The position numbers and the translations under genes were made by a program. From positions 85,436,001 through 85,500,000 of the forward strand of contig NC_043004.1 of assembly GCF_006345805.1 (NCBI RefSeq): a DNA stretch of 64,000 nt, read 5' to 3'. The notes beneath the pieces are model-generated. The model made no database searches and had not been told where the DNA came from. It saw only the letters and a list, made by a program, of their open reading frames with translations. Of the stretch, positions 13,006 to 26,349 are shown one piece after another; position 1 is the first letter of the stretch, and each line of letters starts with the position of its first letter. Source of the DNA: Octopus sinensis. Its lineage: Eukaryota.

Positions 13006-13011
<6 letters not shown>
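12934..13011 (+). ncRNA. tRNA-derived Pol III promoter module (SINE-like) followed by (AAT)n; not a functional tRNA
   Basis: A-box-like tcgcgcagtgg and B-box-like gttctattc at tRNA spacing; stems are degenerate. Confidence 0.6.
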
Positions 13012-13048
<37 letters not shown>

Positions 13049-13120
13049 CTAAGAATGATAATGATAATAACAACGTCGAAAAATACCTTAGGAATGAGAA
13101 CCTAGGTTCGAAATTTCCGC

Positions 13121-13170
13121 AAGACGCCTGATAAAGGCTGGAGTGTATATCAGCCATAACGTTGTGTTAA
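13121..13170 (+). ncRNA. Decayed minimal type-I hammerhead ribozyme
   Basis: Stem I gacgc/gtgtt; core CTGATAA (canonical CUGANGA); stem II ggctg/cagcc; ATAA (canonical GAAA); loop-less palindromic stem III AACGTT with a GUU triplet. Confidence 0.55.
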
Positions 13171-13434
13171 CAACAAAGAAGATGAGGATAAATATCCGTC
13201 AAGTGTAAATAATATAAATAATGTTGCATAGCTTTTTATGATATTTTACCTCACAACTTTTGGATACATAGTTTTGTTGCAAGGGACCAAAACTATAAAA
13301 TTCCTCATACTTTCTTCTATGATTGAAACTAAGATAAATATATTTTACTTTTAAAATAATTAAATTATTTTCATCTAAGCTTCATTGGAGGCGTCTCATA
13401 GAGGGACTAGTCCTCTTCAAAAAAGCTAACAGTT

Positions 13435-13730
13435 CTCAATTTGGTTAACAACTGAATTGGCGATAAAGCTCTGAAAGATGGTGCGTGTGAGTAAATTGCA
13501 GCCGTAGGAATATTATTCAACTAATACTGTACTTGAATAATTCTTTGAGATGTCTTCAAAACTGAGAAATTCCTGTCAATTTCAATTTGGTTCAGAAATG
13601 AATTAGCGACAAAACTCTGAAAGATGCTGCGTGTGAATAAATTGTGACCTTAATAATATTATTCGACTACTACCGTAGTAGAGTGGTTCTTTGAAAAGTC
13701 TTAAAACCTGAGAAATTCCTGTCAATGTAA
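13435..13730 (+). repeat. Two-copy tandem duplication, period 146 bp
   Basis: ctctgaaagatg at 13469 and 13615; ctgagaaattcctgtcaat occurs twice. Confidence 0.85.
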
Positions 13731-14171
13731 CTACTACGATTCTGTTGCTCGTTGCAGGAATTACGGGAGTGTTTTTACCTGATATAATTGCATTAGTTAA
13801 TACAGATGAGGTAATTAAACTAATTGCAATTTAGCAATGTCATTGCTAATTTTGTTTCCTTACCTTAATGATGCCGGTGACATATATTACAAGTACCCTT
13901 ATGGAAAGTATTCATAGAAAGGAACAGAACTATATTATCACACATAAATTTGAGAAACAAACGCTCATAATTCTTTTCTTTTAAAATTTCCCTGCATGAG
14001 ATTGATAACATGAAATTTCTTCCTCGAATTAAGCTCTACCATTTAAGCTTAATTAAATGTTCCTGGTCCCACTCACTAGTCAGTTATACCGTTATGCTTT
14101 TTTCTTTGCACCACTTTCCTTAATCTTGCTTTCTTTGAAAAAATAGTTGACGCATTTTTCCTCAGGCTGTT

Positions 14172-14285
<114 letters not shown>

Positions 14286-14289
14286 TAAT

Positions 14290-14692
<403 letters not shown>

Positions 14693-14697
14693 TATAA

Positions 14698-14953
14698 TAG
14701 AAACAATTCCTATCATAGTAGGTGCATTAAGCATGATAAAAAAAATATTCAGACAAATACATAACAAAAACACCAGGACTTACAAACACATATAACATAC
14801 AGAAAATTGCACTACTAGCCACTGCACACATCCTACGCAGAACACTTTCCATACAATAACCATCAGAGCATCACAACAAATCACAGCACATACCCAAGGC
14901 ACACAGAGCTGCGCTCGGTAGTGAAGTGAAAGCACGCTATAAAAATAAAACTA

Positions 14954-14958
<5 letters not shown>
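14698..14958 (+). mobile_element. 3' end of a second RLE-type (R4/Dong-like) non-LTR family
   Basis: ETIPIIVGALSMIKK..YNIQKIALLATAHILRRTLSIQ* (one frameshift) plus 3' UTR, flanked by (AAT)n. Confidence 0.75.
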
Positions 14959-15001
<43 letters not shown>

Positions 15002-16384
15002 CCTTATGCTGCCGCGGATATATTTCAATGCTTTTCATATTTATTTGCAATTAACTACAGTAGATATGAACATTAATATGCTGTTCGCTGGTGTGTCTTA
15101 TCTGAAGAAAAACAACTTCTTTAAGACGAATGCTCATAATACCCTCTATTCTTTAGTGTTAGGGAATCCTGGGATATCTGGGATTTTGTCGTCGTTGTGT
15201 CATATCAAGCAGAGGCATCCGTCAAGAGATGGTGGCTCTCGTTTATATCTTTAGCAAGCAAGTTGTTTGTTTTTCTACGCCGATAACTGTCAACTGATAA
15301 CGTCACATTCACATTAATCGTACGAAACTAATGAACTGTCATAGCAAACAATAATAACACGCTTTGTACAATGAGGTAAGGAGAAAAATATCTAAATGAA
15401 AATCTGAAAAATCATTGGCTGATATCTACGAAGCTTTAAATAATTTCACACGTGGTAGAAAGAATCTTTATTTTGAAACGTGTATTAATATTATTGTCAC
15501 GGATTGTAGCATGACACCATGACAGCTCGTTAATTAGCTGGAAATAAGACATGGACAGGTTTCAAAGCTAATAGTGAAGCAATATCCCCGGAAGTATAGC
15601 AAGAAACATGGTGCAGGAAATAGAATAGGTTAATAACCAAAAATGATAGGAGGGGGGGGGGTCTTTGCTGTTTATTTACGCTTTCCCTACAATATGGCTT
15701 ATGTTTATTTGCTGGATTGATTAAAGGTGATTGCGATCCTAGATAGTCTTTCTGATGTTTACCATGATTTTTAACAAATTCAAGGATAATACAATGTACG
15801 TGCAAGAGATATATGTGCTGGGCACAAAATTGAGTCTATGAATTATAATTCCTGTTGAAATACGTTCCCTTAGGGGACTCTTCTCGTAAATAATACAGAT
15901 GCTTTCAATAGGTTAGCTTATTTTTTCCGGACACAGGGGACTTCCTCTTACACTTATTGTTGATGCATTTTTCTCAAAATTGAAAAAAAAAACACGCTAG
16001 AAAAAGTTATTATAATAAAAGTAGCTGAAGAAAATGAAGACACAAAGAATTTATGTGAACTCTATATTGAAAAAGAAATTGAATATAAAACGGTAGATAT
16101 ATTGATGTTATTTTTTTGTTCTTCCTCCTTATGAAGAAGACTGGATATATAGATATTATCTTAACGTTATATCTTGAAATGGCTTATATATATATAAAAG
16201 AATTGAAAAGATCTAAGTCACATGTTTTTAAGACTCGTTATAGTTTACATATAGTTTGAAATCCGATTAAATACAATATTCATTCGAGAATACACGAAAT
16301 ATTCGCTAGACTGATTCGTCTGCTTCTATATAGACAACATTCTTATTAATGATATATAAGTTCAGCATATAGCACATACATACT

Positions 16385-16417
16385 AACACACACTCATACG
16401 TACACGCACACATGTGT

Positions 16418-16454
<37 letters not shown>

Positions 16455-16484
16455 TGCATGTATGTATGTATGTATGTATGTATG

Positions 16485-16530
<46 letters not shown>

Positions 16531-16545
16531 AATATACATACATGC
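16385..16545. repeat. (TA)n/(TATG)n microsatellite
   Basis: Directly visible. Confidence 0.9.
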
Positions 16546-17379
16546 TCACATACAAACTTAAATACTTACATACATATTCTGATTGAGATGTACATGTATG
16601 ATTGAGTAGGTGTACGTCTGTGTGCGCCTATCTGTACATGCGCATAATTGTGTGTTTATACATTCGGGTATGCATTTGTTTATGTGTCACATCCTATTAC
16701 TATCCTGCACATGAATTCCCGAAGAATTCGGTTGATTCATTCATTCGACTAAATTTTCTTATGTGATTTCCGCAGGTAGATACAACACTACGTGTTCTGT
16801 TTTCTAATCGCAACTAACGTTGTACTTCAAATCCCCCACCCTTCTATTATTGAAGGATTTTCTAGTAACTATATTGAGCCCCAGTGTTGGAAAATCACGA
16901 GCGCAATAGATAAAATGTTATTTTGTAAATGCCTAATTTCTCGTTGAATGATCTATGATTGGATACAGATTGATGAATGCTCTTTGGATGTCAATAGTAG
17001 AATAAATTTGGCTAGTTGCAATTTAGAAGATTCATTTTCCATTCCACATTAACAAACAATGTATTCTGATGATGAAGGCAAATAAAAATTTTGATGGGAC
17101 TCACGAAGGTGACATCTTTGAAAGTAATTATGTAGTGGTTCGTTTCAGCAAAAGTAAAACAGGGGAGATTAATATTACGTACCACGATTCTTAGTCAACT
17201 GAATAAAAGTAAAGAACTGACCTGCAGAGAAACAGATGCAACGCCAAGAGACTCGATAGATTTATTGTTGACACTGCCAACAATAAATACTGGGGAGCAG
17301 TAGCTACTCTCCTGCCAACTTATCAGGCATGGTCATCTTCTCAGTGGTGGTCATTAGGATTTCTGGCTATACAGAAATA

Positions 17380-17922
17380 TTGGCTTGTCCGGAGAGTTCG
17401 CACCGATTTATAGTAGCTTACCTTTCGACCTATTTTAGAACATGGTTGAGACCATTTAGAGCACAGTTTAAGCTATATTTTCGTGGAAGAAGGTTTATGT
17501 TCCTATAACCCTTATGTTCCTGTAACCCTTTAAAAATGGTAGATAAGAAAGTTCATTTTCGGCACTTGATGCTTTGGGAACCAGACAAAAATTGGTGCAG
17601 CTCGGCTGAGATATGTTACCCCACCCTCCATATTCACCAGATATTGTTCCGTCGGATTTTCACTTATTCAGGTAGGTCTCTACAGAATAGCCTTAATGGT
17701 AAGAATTCAATTCCTTGGATGATGTAAAACGATACCTTGATTAATTCTTTGCCATTAAACCACCTCAATTCTGGGAAGAGGGTATTTTCAAGTTAAAGGA
17801 AAGATGGAGACGCATTGAGCAAGACAATGGTTCATATTTGGTTGATTAAAAATGTAATAGCAAGTATTCATTGTCCTTTTTCTCTCCTTTAAATATCGGC
17901 ACGAACTTTCAGGACAACCCAA
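17380..17922 (+). mobile_element. Internally deleted mariner transposon
   Basis: TIRs ttggcttgtccggagagttcgcaccgat and atcggcacgaactttcaggacaacccaa, with TA on both sides; N-terminus MVDKKVHFRHLMLWE abuts the C-terminus HPPYSPDIVPSDFHLFR..LQNSLNG..ERWRRIEQDNGSYLVD*. Confidence 0.9.
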
Positions 17923-19109
17923 TAGATTAGTGTTGAGCAGCAAGACAATAAGGTTTAGTAATGTATACTGAAATGTTCAATGTAGTTCTCGGTTATATTT
18001 TAAACTTTCACCTCAATGTCGACGTAAAAGTGGCCGATACTTCAATGAAATGTATATGACGCGTTATATTAGCGTAGGAAGTGTCGGAATATTCGACAGG
18101 GAACAAGATTCGCAAGTATTATCAAAGTGTCACAGCGTGATACATCGTTAAAAGGGAAGATTTATGAATTGACAGTAGCTTCCATCCGTGTGTCGTCTAC
18201 ACCTTCATAAGACCTAAAATCCACTCAAAAAGATTTGGACGACCTAGATTAATGTAAAGTGAGATAGATAACGCAATGCGATCGAACGTTGGAACACATG
18301 ATTCTCAAAAACATTTCGTTAACAATAACACATATCTGAGTGATTACACGGTGCTATAGTGTAATTAGAAACAGTCTTGTGATTCAGACCTCACCGTCCA
18401 CCGACTGCCTGACTCTTACTGGAATGCTCCATAATAATACATCAGATGCACCGTATAGACAGTTATAAATAAAAATAGACGTTGGCTCCTAATCGTAAAA
18501 ACTAATAAATCTCAGAGATATTTATTTAAATTTCTTGAAAATCTTCTTTTTGCGATATGCTCATAATGGCAGCCAGTATTTTTTATTGCTTTCATTAACT
18601 AAGAGACAAATTTTAATTCACTGAGATTTCCCCTTATCTATTCTGTGTGTCATTTACTACATTATCACACATATAAATCAAATAATTTGCGCAGTTAAAC
18701 TCCTCGTGAGCTACTTTAGTTTACTCACTTGTTTGAGTTATGCAAATATTAAACTAAGTATTACAGACTTTCATCTATTATTTTGTTTTTATCGTATGCC
18801 GATCAAATGAAAGCATTATACGAGCATGAGACGTTTTGGCGCAGTTGTTATGGAGCCACCTATTTGGCGCAGTTGTTACGGCACCGCTTATTTGCCGTCT
18901 CTGATATAACCCTGACTCAGTTGGCATCACATGTTTTCATATTGCCCCGGTTTCACTCGCTTCAATGTCTCTCATTCTCTCTCGGTGCATGTGTCACCAT
19001 TCAATTTTACTTGTATATATGTGAAATGTCTCTCTTTATCAACCCTCTCTATCTCCGTTTCTATTTCTTTCAATCTCTTTATATGTATTCTTTTATTCGT
19101 TTACTTGTT

Positions 19110-19475
19110 TTAGTCATTTGATTGTTGCCTTGCTGGAGCAACGCCTTGAATGACTTAGTCAAGCAAATCGACCCAAGGAATTGTTTCTTAAGTCTAATAC
19201 TTATTCTATCGGTCTCTTTTGCTGAACCGCAAGATTACAAGGGCGGAAACACACCGACAGCGGTTGCCAAGTAGTGGTGGGAAACAGAGTCACAAAGACA
19301 CACACATACATAGGATGGGTTTTTTAGTCTTAGTCTAGCATACCAACTCACAAACCTTTGGTCTGCCAGAGACTATAGTAGTAGACACCTGCTCAATGTT
19401 CCAGGCACTGGGACTAAACCCGGAACCATGTGGTTGGGAAGCACACGTCTTTGCACACAGCCACATCTTCGCCTA
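19110..19475 (-). mobile_element. SINE family A
   Basis: Head gggactaaacccggaaccatgtggttgggaagc; collinear with other family-A copies. Confidence 0.75.
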
Positions 19476-19816
19476 TGTGTAAATTTATGTGCGTTTGTTG
19501 ATGTCCGTGCGTGTGTATGTTTGTGTGGGTGCCGCCACACAAACCCTCACCGAGACAGTTTGAATGACCAGTCAGCTGTGAGTTTCGCTCGAACAGCCAA
19601 GACGATTTGCCGCATTCCGCAAAACAGATATAGCGCTTTGTCAGCAAAATACAAAGCTAATGTCTTACCTTCAATAACTTGAGTATATTATCACTAATAT
19701 ACGAATGTAGGCGAGGAGACGAGGAACAATAATTCGCTTGTAAAGGTCAACACTTTGAATGACGCCATTACTATGCATTGCTGAAAGAAACGAAGATTAT
19801 ATGGAATATATATATG

Positions 19817-19903
<87 letters not shown>

Positions 19904-20376
19904 GTTTCCAGATTGAATTGTTTCCTAAATTATCTCATGTTATAATTTCGCAAGCAGTTAAGAAGAAATAGGAGTGTACTAAAATCATGTATAGTTATTA
20001 TCTGCAACAATGCAATAGCTGTAGTCTGGAAAAAAAAGTTTAGTGTAATTACAGACACTTGTGCACAAGAAGCAACACATAAAACTCTATCAAAATAGAG
20101 AAAGGAAAATTGCTTCTTACATTGCTAACTTTGATGTATGCTGCCGTAGATTTAATGTAAGAGGAACGTTTAAGAAACAACAATTCTGGGTAGCCGATGG
20201 TACTGATGCATGTGATGGTACGTTCATGCCAGTAACTGCTAATAGACAATCGGTTAATATAGAAGAAACCATGAAAGGAGATTTTTTTAAATCAAAGCAA
20301 TTATGTCGATTGTTAGATAAACGGATGTGAAGCTTATAAAACACCTCATCGTTTAATTGCCCCAACTAACTTTACG

Positions 20377-20470
<94 letters not shown>

Positions 20471-20472
20471 AT

Positions 20473-22411
20473 AAATCAAAGAGCTGTGGAGGAACAGTAG
20501 GTAATCAAAGACATCAAACAGAACCCAAAAGTGTTCTATTCTTATGCAAATAAGCATAGAACCACTGTCTCACCCATTGGGCCATTGATTGATGATAACG
20601 ACATTCCCCAACACGATGCTAAAGAAATGGCAGAAATACTGCAGAAACAATATTGCTCTGTCTTTAGTGTTCCCACTGATATTGACGTAAGAGAAGCGAA
20701 CGAAGTTGACTCTCAACATAAAATCTCAGACATAACCTACACTGCCACTGACATCATAGCAGCCATAAATGAGGTCAAATACTACTCTGCTGTAGGCCCT
20801 GATAGATTCCCCGATAGTCTCCTGAAGGAATGTAGACATTCCTTGCAATCCCTCTGACCAACCTCTGGAGAAATTCGTTAGACGCAGGTTATATACCGAA
20901 ACAGTTTCTATCCCAGTCGGTCATCCCGGTTTTCAAACACGGAAACAGATCCCTCGCACTCAACTATCGCCCAATCTCACTCACCTCCCACATCATCAAA
21001 ATGTTTGAAAGAGTGTTAAGATCAAGGATAGCAGACTTCCTGGAGAGCCACAAACTCCTAAATGCAAATCAGCATGGCTTTCGCTGTGACAGGGACTGTC
21101 TAACACAGCTCTTACACCACATTGAAGATGTACTCAAAGCCTTGGGAACAGGTTCGAACTCTGATGTCATATACCTTGACTTCAGTAAAACGTTCGACAG
21201 GGTAGACCATAATATCCTACTCTCAAAATTGGCAAATGTTGGAATCCGTGGAAAAGTTCTACACTGGATCAAGTATTTCCTGGCGAATAGAACACAACAT
21301 GTTGTAGTTCATGGAGTCCACTCAATCCTAGCAAAAGTCACCAGCGGTGTCCCCCAGGGGACTGTCTTGGGTCCGCTACTCTTCATAATCTATATAAACG
21401 ACCTTTCCAGTGTCGTACATTACTGCAAAGTGAAAATATTTGCTGATGACACTAAGCTCCAGCAAATCGTCAATGAAGAAGCAGACCGAACTCAACTCCA
21501 GTCTGATCTATATGCTGTGAGTCAATGGGCAGACAGAAACAAAATGCAACTGAACGAGGGAAAACTTGAGCTGATGCATTTTGGAAGAAATTCCTCACTA
21601 AAACAACCATACTCTCTTCCTTCAGGGGAACCGCTCACAGCCTCTAACAATATCAGAGACCTGGGTGTAATTGTTGATGACGATCTCAGTTGGAGTGCAC
21701 ACATCAACAAGAAGGTCGATATAGCTCGTAGGATGAGTTCCTGGATCTTAAGAACTTTCCGGTCCAGAGAACAAGGTGTCATCATACCACTTTTCTCCTC
21801 CTTTGTACGGCCACACCTCGAATACTGCTGCCCACTGTGGTCTCCCCATACTAGACAAAACATCTCGAGGATTGAATCAGCCTAGTGAGCACTCACTAAA
21901 CGAATTGAAGGCATGGCTGCTCTCGATTATTGGGATCGCCTTAAAGCCTTGAAACTCTACTCTCTCCAGCGGCGCCGTGAGCGGTACATCATTTGTATGA
22001 TGTGGAGAATATACCGCCAACTTTGCCCAAACGACCTGAACATTAGCTTCAAGGTTCACCCAAGACTGGGACCACGGGTCATACGTTCCCTGCCCAATTC
22101 AAGATCACAGCATACATGTACACTACACCATAATTTATTTTCCTCAACAGGCCCTGCCCTCTTTAACATTGTCCCGAAAGAGACCAAAGAGGAACAGGAT
22201 CCCATCAACTTTAAACGGAGTCTGGATAGATTCCTTCAAGGAATACCAGATAAGCCACCCATAATTGGATACAACTCACCCAACAAAAACTCACTACTTG
22301 AATGGACCATAAACCAAACTTGACTAAAACAGGATTCAAATAATCCTATCAGGTGGTGCTATTAAGTTAGACATGGCCTGGACCAATCATTTGTCGAAAC
22401 ATATCTAAGTT
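20473..22411 (+). mobile_element. CR1-clade LINE, 5'-truncated, inserted in (TA)n
   Basis: RT motifs NQHGFR, YLDFSKTFDRVDH, SGVPQGTVLGPLLF, IFADDTKL; ORF2 broken by stops at ~20857 and ~21885; 3' stem-loop tail; (TA)n on both sides. Confidence 0.92.
20531..22323 (+). pseudogene. LINE ORF2 reverse transcriptase, disrupted
   Basis: Collinear ORFs 20531-20857, 21001-21885 and 21913-22323. Confidence 0.9.
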
Positions 22412-22464
<53 letters not shown>

Positions 22465-23164
22465 TATATATAAACATATACAAGTATGACGGCAAATATT
22501 TAAATAATTTCTCACCAATTTTTCGCATGCTTAATAAAAGTCATAAGACAAAATATTTTTATATATAAAAGTGTATATATAAAAGACATACACAGATAGA
22601 AGACCCTTGACAGGACTTCTTACATGCTAAAAAGGTCAGTTAAACCCAAACCACAGAAAAACGTAATCCTTATGGCACGCTGACGAGCTGCAGATACCAA
22701 ATTGATTTATTTGGTCATTAATAGCGAAATTGGAGTATAGGATTAACTAATTTTTCATATTTACTCTAGTGCCAAGTAGCAACCTGCCTTAAGTATCCCT
22801 TCTTTTTGTGGTTTTGGTTTAACTTCCTTTTTTAATCTTCTCTAGCGTGCAAGTGCCTTCTCTCCATGTATAAAACTTTATACACTGAGGACCCACTAGG
22901 CCTCTAACACAAAACTTCCGATTTTTTGATGATACAAGAACGGATTACTATTTACTTTTATCTCATATTAATTTGATCTCCTGAAATCTTATGAGGAGGC
23001 GGTTTAATACACTAAACCCTCAGCCTGCGGCATCATGCTCTTTGTTTTCTTCTATAACTTTCCTGATGGTTCTGGCCGTACTAAGGAGGCAGTACTCTGC
23101 TAGACACTATATCCCCATTTCCTTTCTGTTGCCTTCAATAATAATGTAAAACTGTAATAAATAG

Positions 23165-23360
23165 CACGCCGGACAAAATGCTTCACGGCATTTGTTCCTT
23201 CGTTACCTAATGAGTTCACGTTCCGCGGAGGTCAATTTTGCCTTTCATCCTGTCGATGTTGGCAAATTCAGTACCAGTCAAGTACTGGGATCGATGTGAT
23301 CGATAGTCCCCTTCCCCACAAAAATCCAGGTCTTGTACCTATAGTAGAAAGGATAATAAT
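23165..23360 (+). mobile_element. CORE-like SINE with (AAT)n tail
   Basis: gaggtcaattttgcctttcatcc..gtaccag..ggtcttgtacctatagtagaaagg followed by (AAT)n. Confidence 0.75.
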
Positions 23361-23370
23361 AATAATAATG

Positions 23371-23525
<155 letters not shown>

Positions 23526-23552
23526 TATTATTATTATTATTATTATTACTAA

Positions 23553-23950
23553 AAGGGGCGAACTAGCAGAATTGTTAGCAAAATACCTATTTCTTTATTA
23601 CCCACAAGGGGCTAAACACAGAGGGGACAAACAAGGATAGACATAGGTATTAAGTCGATTTCATCGACCCCAGTGCGTAACTGGTACTTAATTTATCGAC
23701 CTTGAAAGGATGAAAGGCAAAGTCGACCTCGGCGGAATTTGAACTCGCAACGTAACGTTATTAAAATACCGCCAAGCGAAATGCTTGGTGGTATTATGTC
23801 CGCCTGTACGTTCTGAGTTCAAATTACGCCGAGGTCGACTTTGCCTTTCACTTTTCGTGTAAAATAAGTACCAGCTGCGAACAGGGGTGGGGTGATGTAA
23901 TTGACTTAATCCCTTCCCTCAAGTTGCTCTTTTGGCAAAAATTCGAAATT
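23553..23950 (+). mobile_element. CORE-like SINE interrupted by an inverted core-plus-tail unit (~23582-23768)
   Basis: Plus-strand head stops at gttagca, then the reverse complement of the 7021-7200-type unit, then the host resumes cgccaagcgaaatgctt...core. Confidence 0.8.
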
Positions 23951-23989
23951 ATCATCACCATCATCATCATTATTATTATTATTATTTTT

Positions 23990-24610
<621 letters not shown>

Positions 24611-24620
24611 TATTATATTA

Positions 24621-24669
<49 letters not shown>

Positions 24670-25422
24670 TAATATTATTATTATTATTATTAATATTATT
24701 ATCATCATCATCACCATTATCATCATCTTCAACATCGTCATCACCATCATCTTTCTTATTGTTATTTTCCATTTTGTTTTCGGTGGTGCAGTTCGCGGGT
24801 GCGGTGTTGGCTCATGTTGCTTTTGCAGTTGTGGTCCTTCTTGTTAATCGTCTCATCGCTGTTTGATGATATTCTTATCATCTTTACACTTTTCTTAATT
24901 TTGTTATTGTCATGTAATAAGTTTGTTACTTCCTCCTTCCGTACATGCTCCGTAATGTACCGGAAACCACCGAACAAAATGATTACACAATGCTAAGCAT
25001 CATTAACATAACCGCGTACTTTAGCTGAAGAACTCATAAGCTCTGTCTGGAAAAGTCAACGATTTGCGTAATACTTCTAATGCCACTTGTATTATAGACG
25101 TGTTTAAAATCGATAAACTACTGATTAGAAACACAGGCAGAAACGCAAACATGTGTGTATATCTAAGTGAAAGCTTTCATTTAATTTCTTCACTTTCGGC
25201 AGCTAAGATGAAGGAAATCATTTATTTCGTTCGTCCAATGTTGCGGAACAGTTGATAATGGTTGCAACCTATTTCATAGTGGACAGACAATTGGCAATGC
25301 ATCATTTTAATATATGAACTGACAACGCATAGGTATATGTATGCATACATATATAATACACACACACACATACACACACACATACTCACATCTATCATTA
25401 AATATATATATATATATATATA

Positions 25423-25502
25423 GTGAGAGAGAGAGAGACAGAGCGAAGGAGGTTAGAAGGAAAGAGATGCCTACGTATATACGATTATATATATATATAT
25501 CA

Positions 25503-25544
<42 letters not shown>

Positions 25545-25620
25545 GAGAGAGAGAGACAGAGCGAAGGAGGTTAGAAGGAAAGAGATGCCTACGTATATAC
25601 GATTATATATATATATATCA

Positions 25621-25660
<40 letters not shown>
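25423..25660 (+). repeat. Two-copy tandem duplication, period 118 bp, bounded by (TA)n
   Basis: gtgagagagagagagacagagcgaaggagg starts at 25423 and 25541. Confidence 0.9.
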
Positions 25661-25681
<21 letters not shown>

Positions 25682-26189
25682 TTATGTATGTATGTATGTA
25701 TGTATGTATGTATGTACGGATATGTATGTATATATATTAACATATAGCTGTTCACCCTTTCACACGTACAAAGAAGCACTTATACATAAATATCAAGCTG
25801 CAAGTAATCGAGGACTTTGATCGAGCAGAGCTATGATCAAAGAGCGTTCCGCGCATGACCATTCTTCCTTTTCTTCCAGAGATTGTAATTTGGATTACAA
25901 AATATACAAAATATGTGTCCTTTAGACCGTGTCTTGTAAGGAAAATTTAACTGTTTTATTTTAAAATGGTGTAAATGATGTTCTTTCCAAGATGAATGAC
26001 ACTCCATCCGTGGCTGTTTCTTCAATATTTTTTCAAAACTCTGTATCCAGTAGTACATTACTCAACATATACCTTTCTTAAACAAAGTGTGATTTCAAAG
26101 CTATTTCACTCTTTTCTTTGTTTTCAAATTTTAGCACAAGGCCAGCAATTTCAGAGAGGGGGTTAACTCGATTACATCGTCCTCTGTTT

Positions 26190-26335
26190 TCAACTAGTAT
26201 GTATTTTATTAAACCCCAAAATGATGAAAGGCAAAGTGGATCTCGGCAGAATTTGAACACAGAACGTAAACATAGAGGAAATATCCGCTAAGTATTTTGC
26301 CCGGCGTGCTAACCACTGTGCCTTTCCCCCGCCTT
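26190..26335 (-). mobile_element. CORE-like SINE
   Basis: gatgaaaggcaaagt..ctcggcagaatttgaac..cccggcgtgctaac. Confidence 0.7.
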
Positions 26336-26349
26336 AAATTTTAGTTAAA

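Larger units (their letters stand above)
12490..13225 (+). mobile_element. Penelope-like element 3' remnant: GIY-YIG domain, 3' UTR and inverted terminal copy
   Basis: ORF 12561-12911 CVYSIPGSCGRLCKDET..EEHHKAV..LWDEVKIIDREHHWKIRKLNEA; 12522-12551 is the reverse complement of ~13193-13222. Confidence 0.85.

Noticed and set aside
12934-13011. Functional tRNA gene
   Set aside because: Acceptor and anticodon stems do not pair well, and an (AAT)n tail rather than a T-run terminator follows; treated as tRNA-derived.
17050-17200. Fragment EGDIFESNYVVVRFSKSK resembling a DNA-transposon C-terminal domain
   Set aside because: Too short and disrupted to assign.
20061-20330. 89-aa ORF upstream of the CR1 copy
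   Set aside because: No recognisable domain and no convincing splice pair; separated from the LINE by (TA)n.
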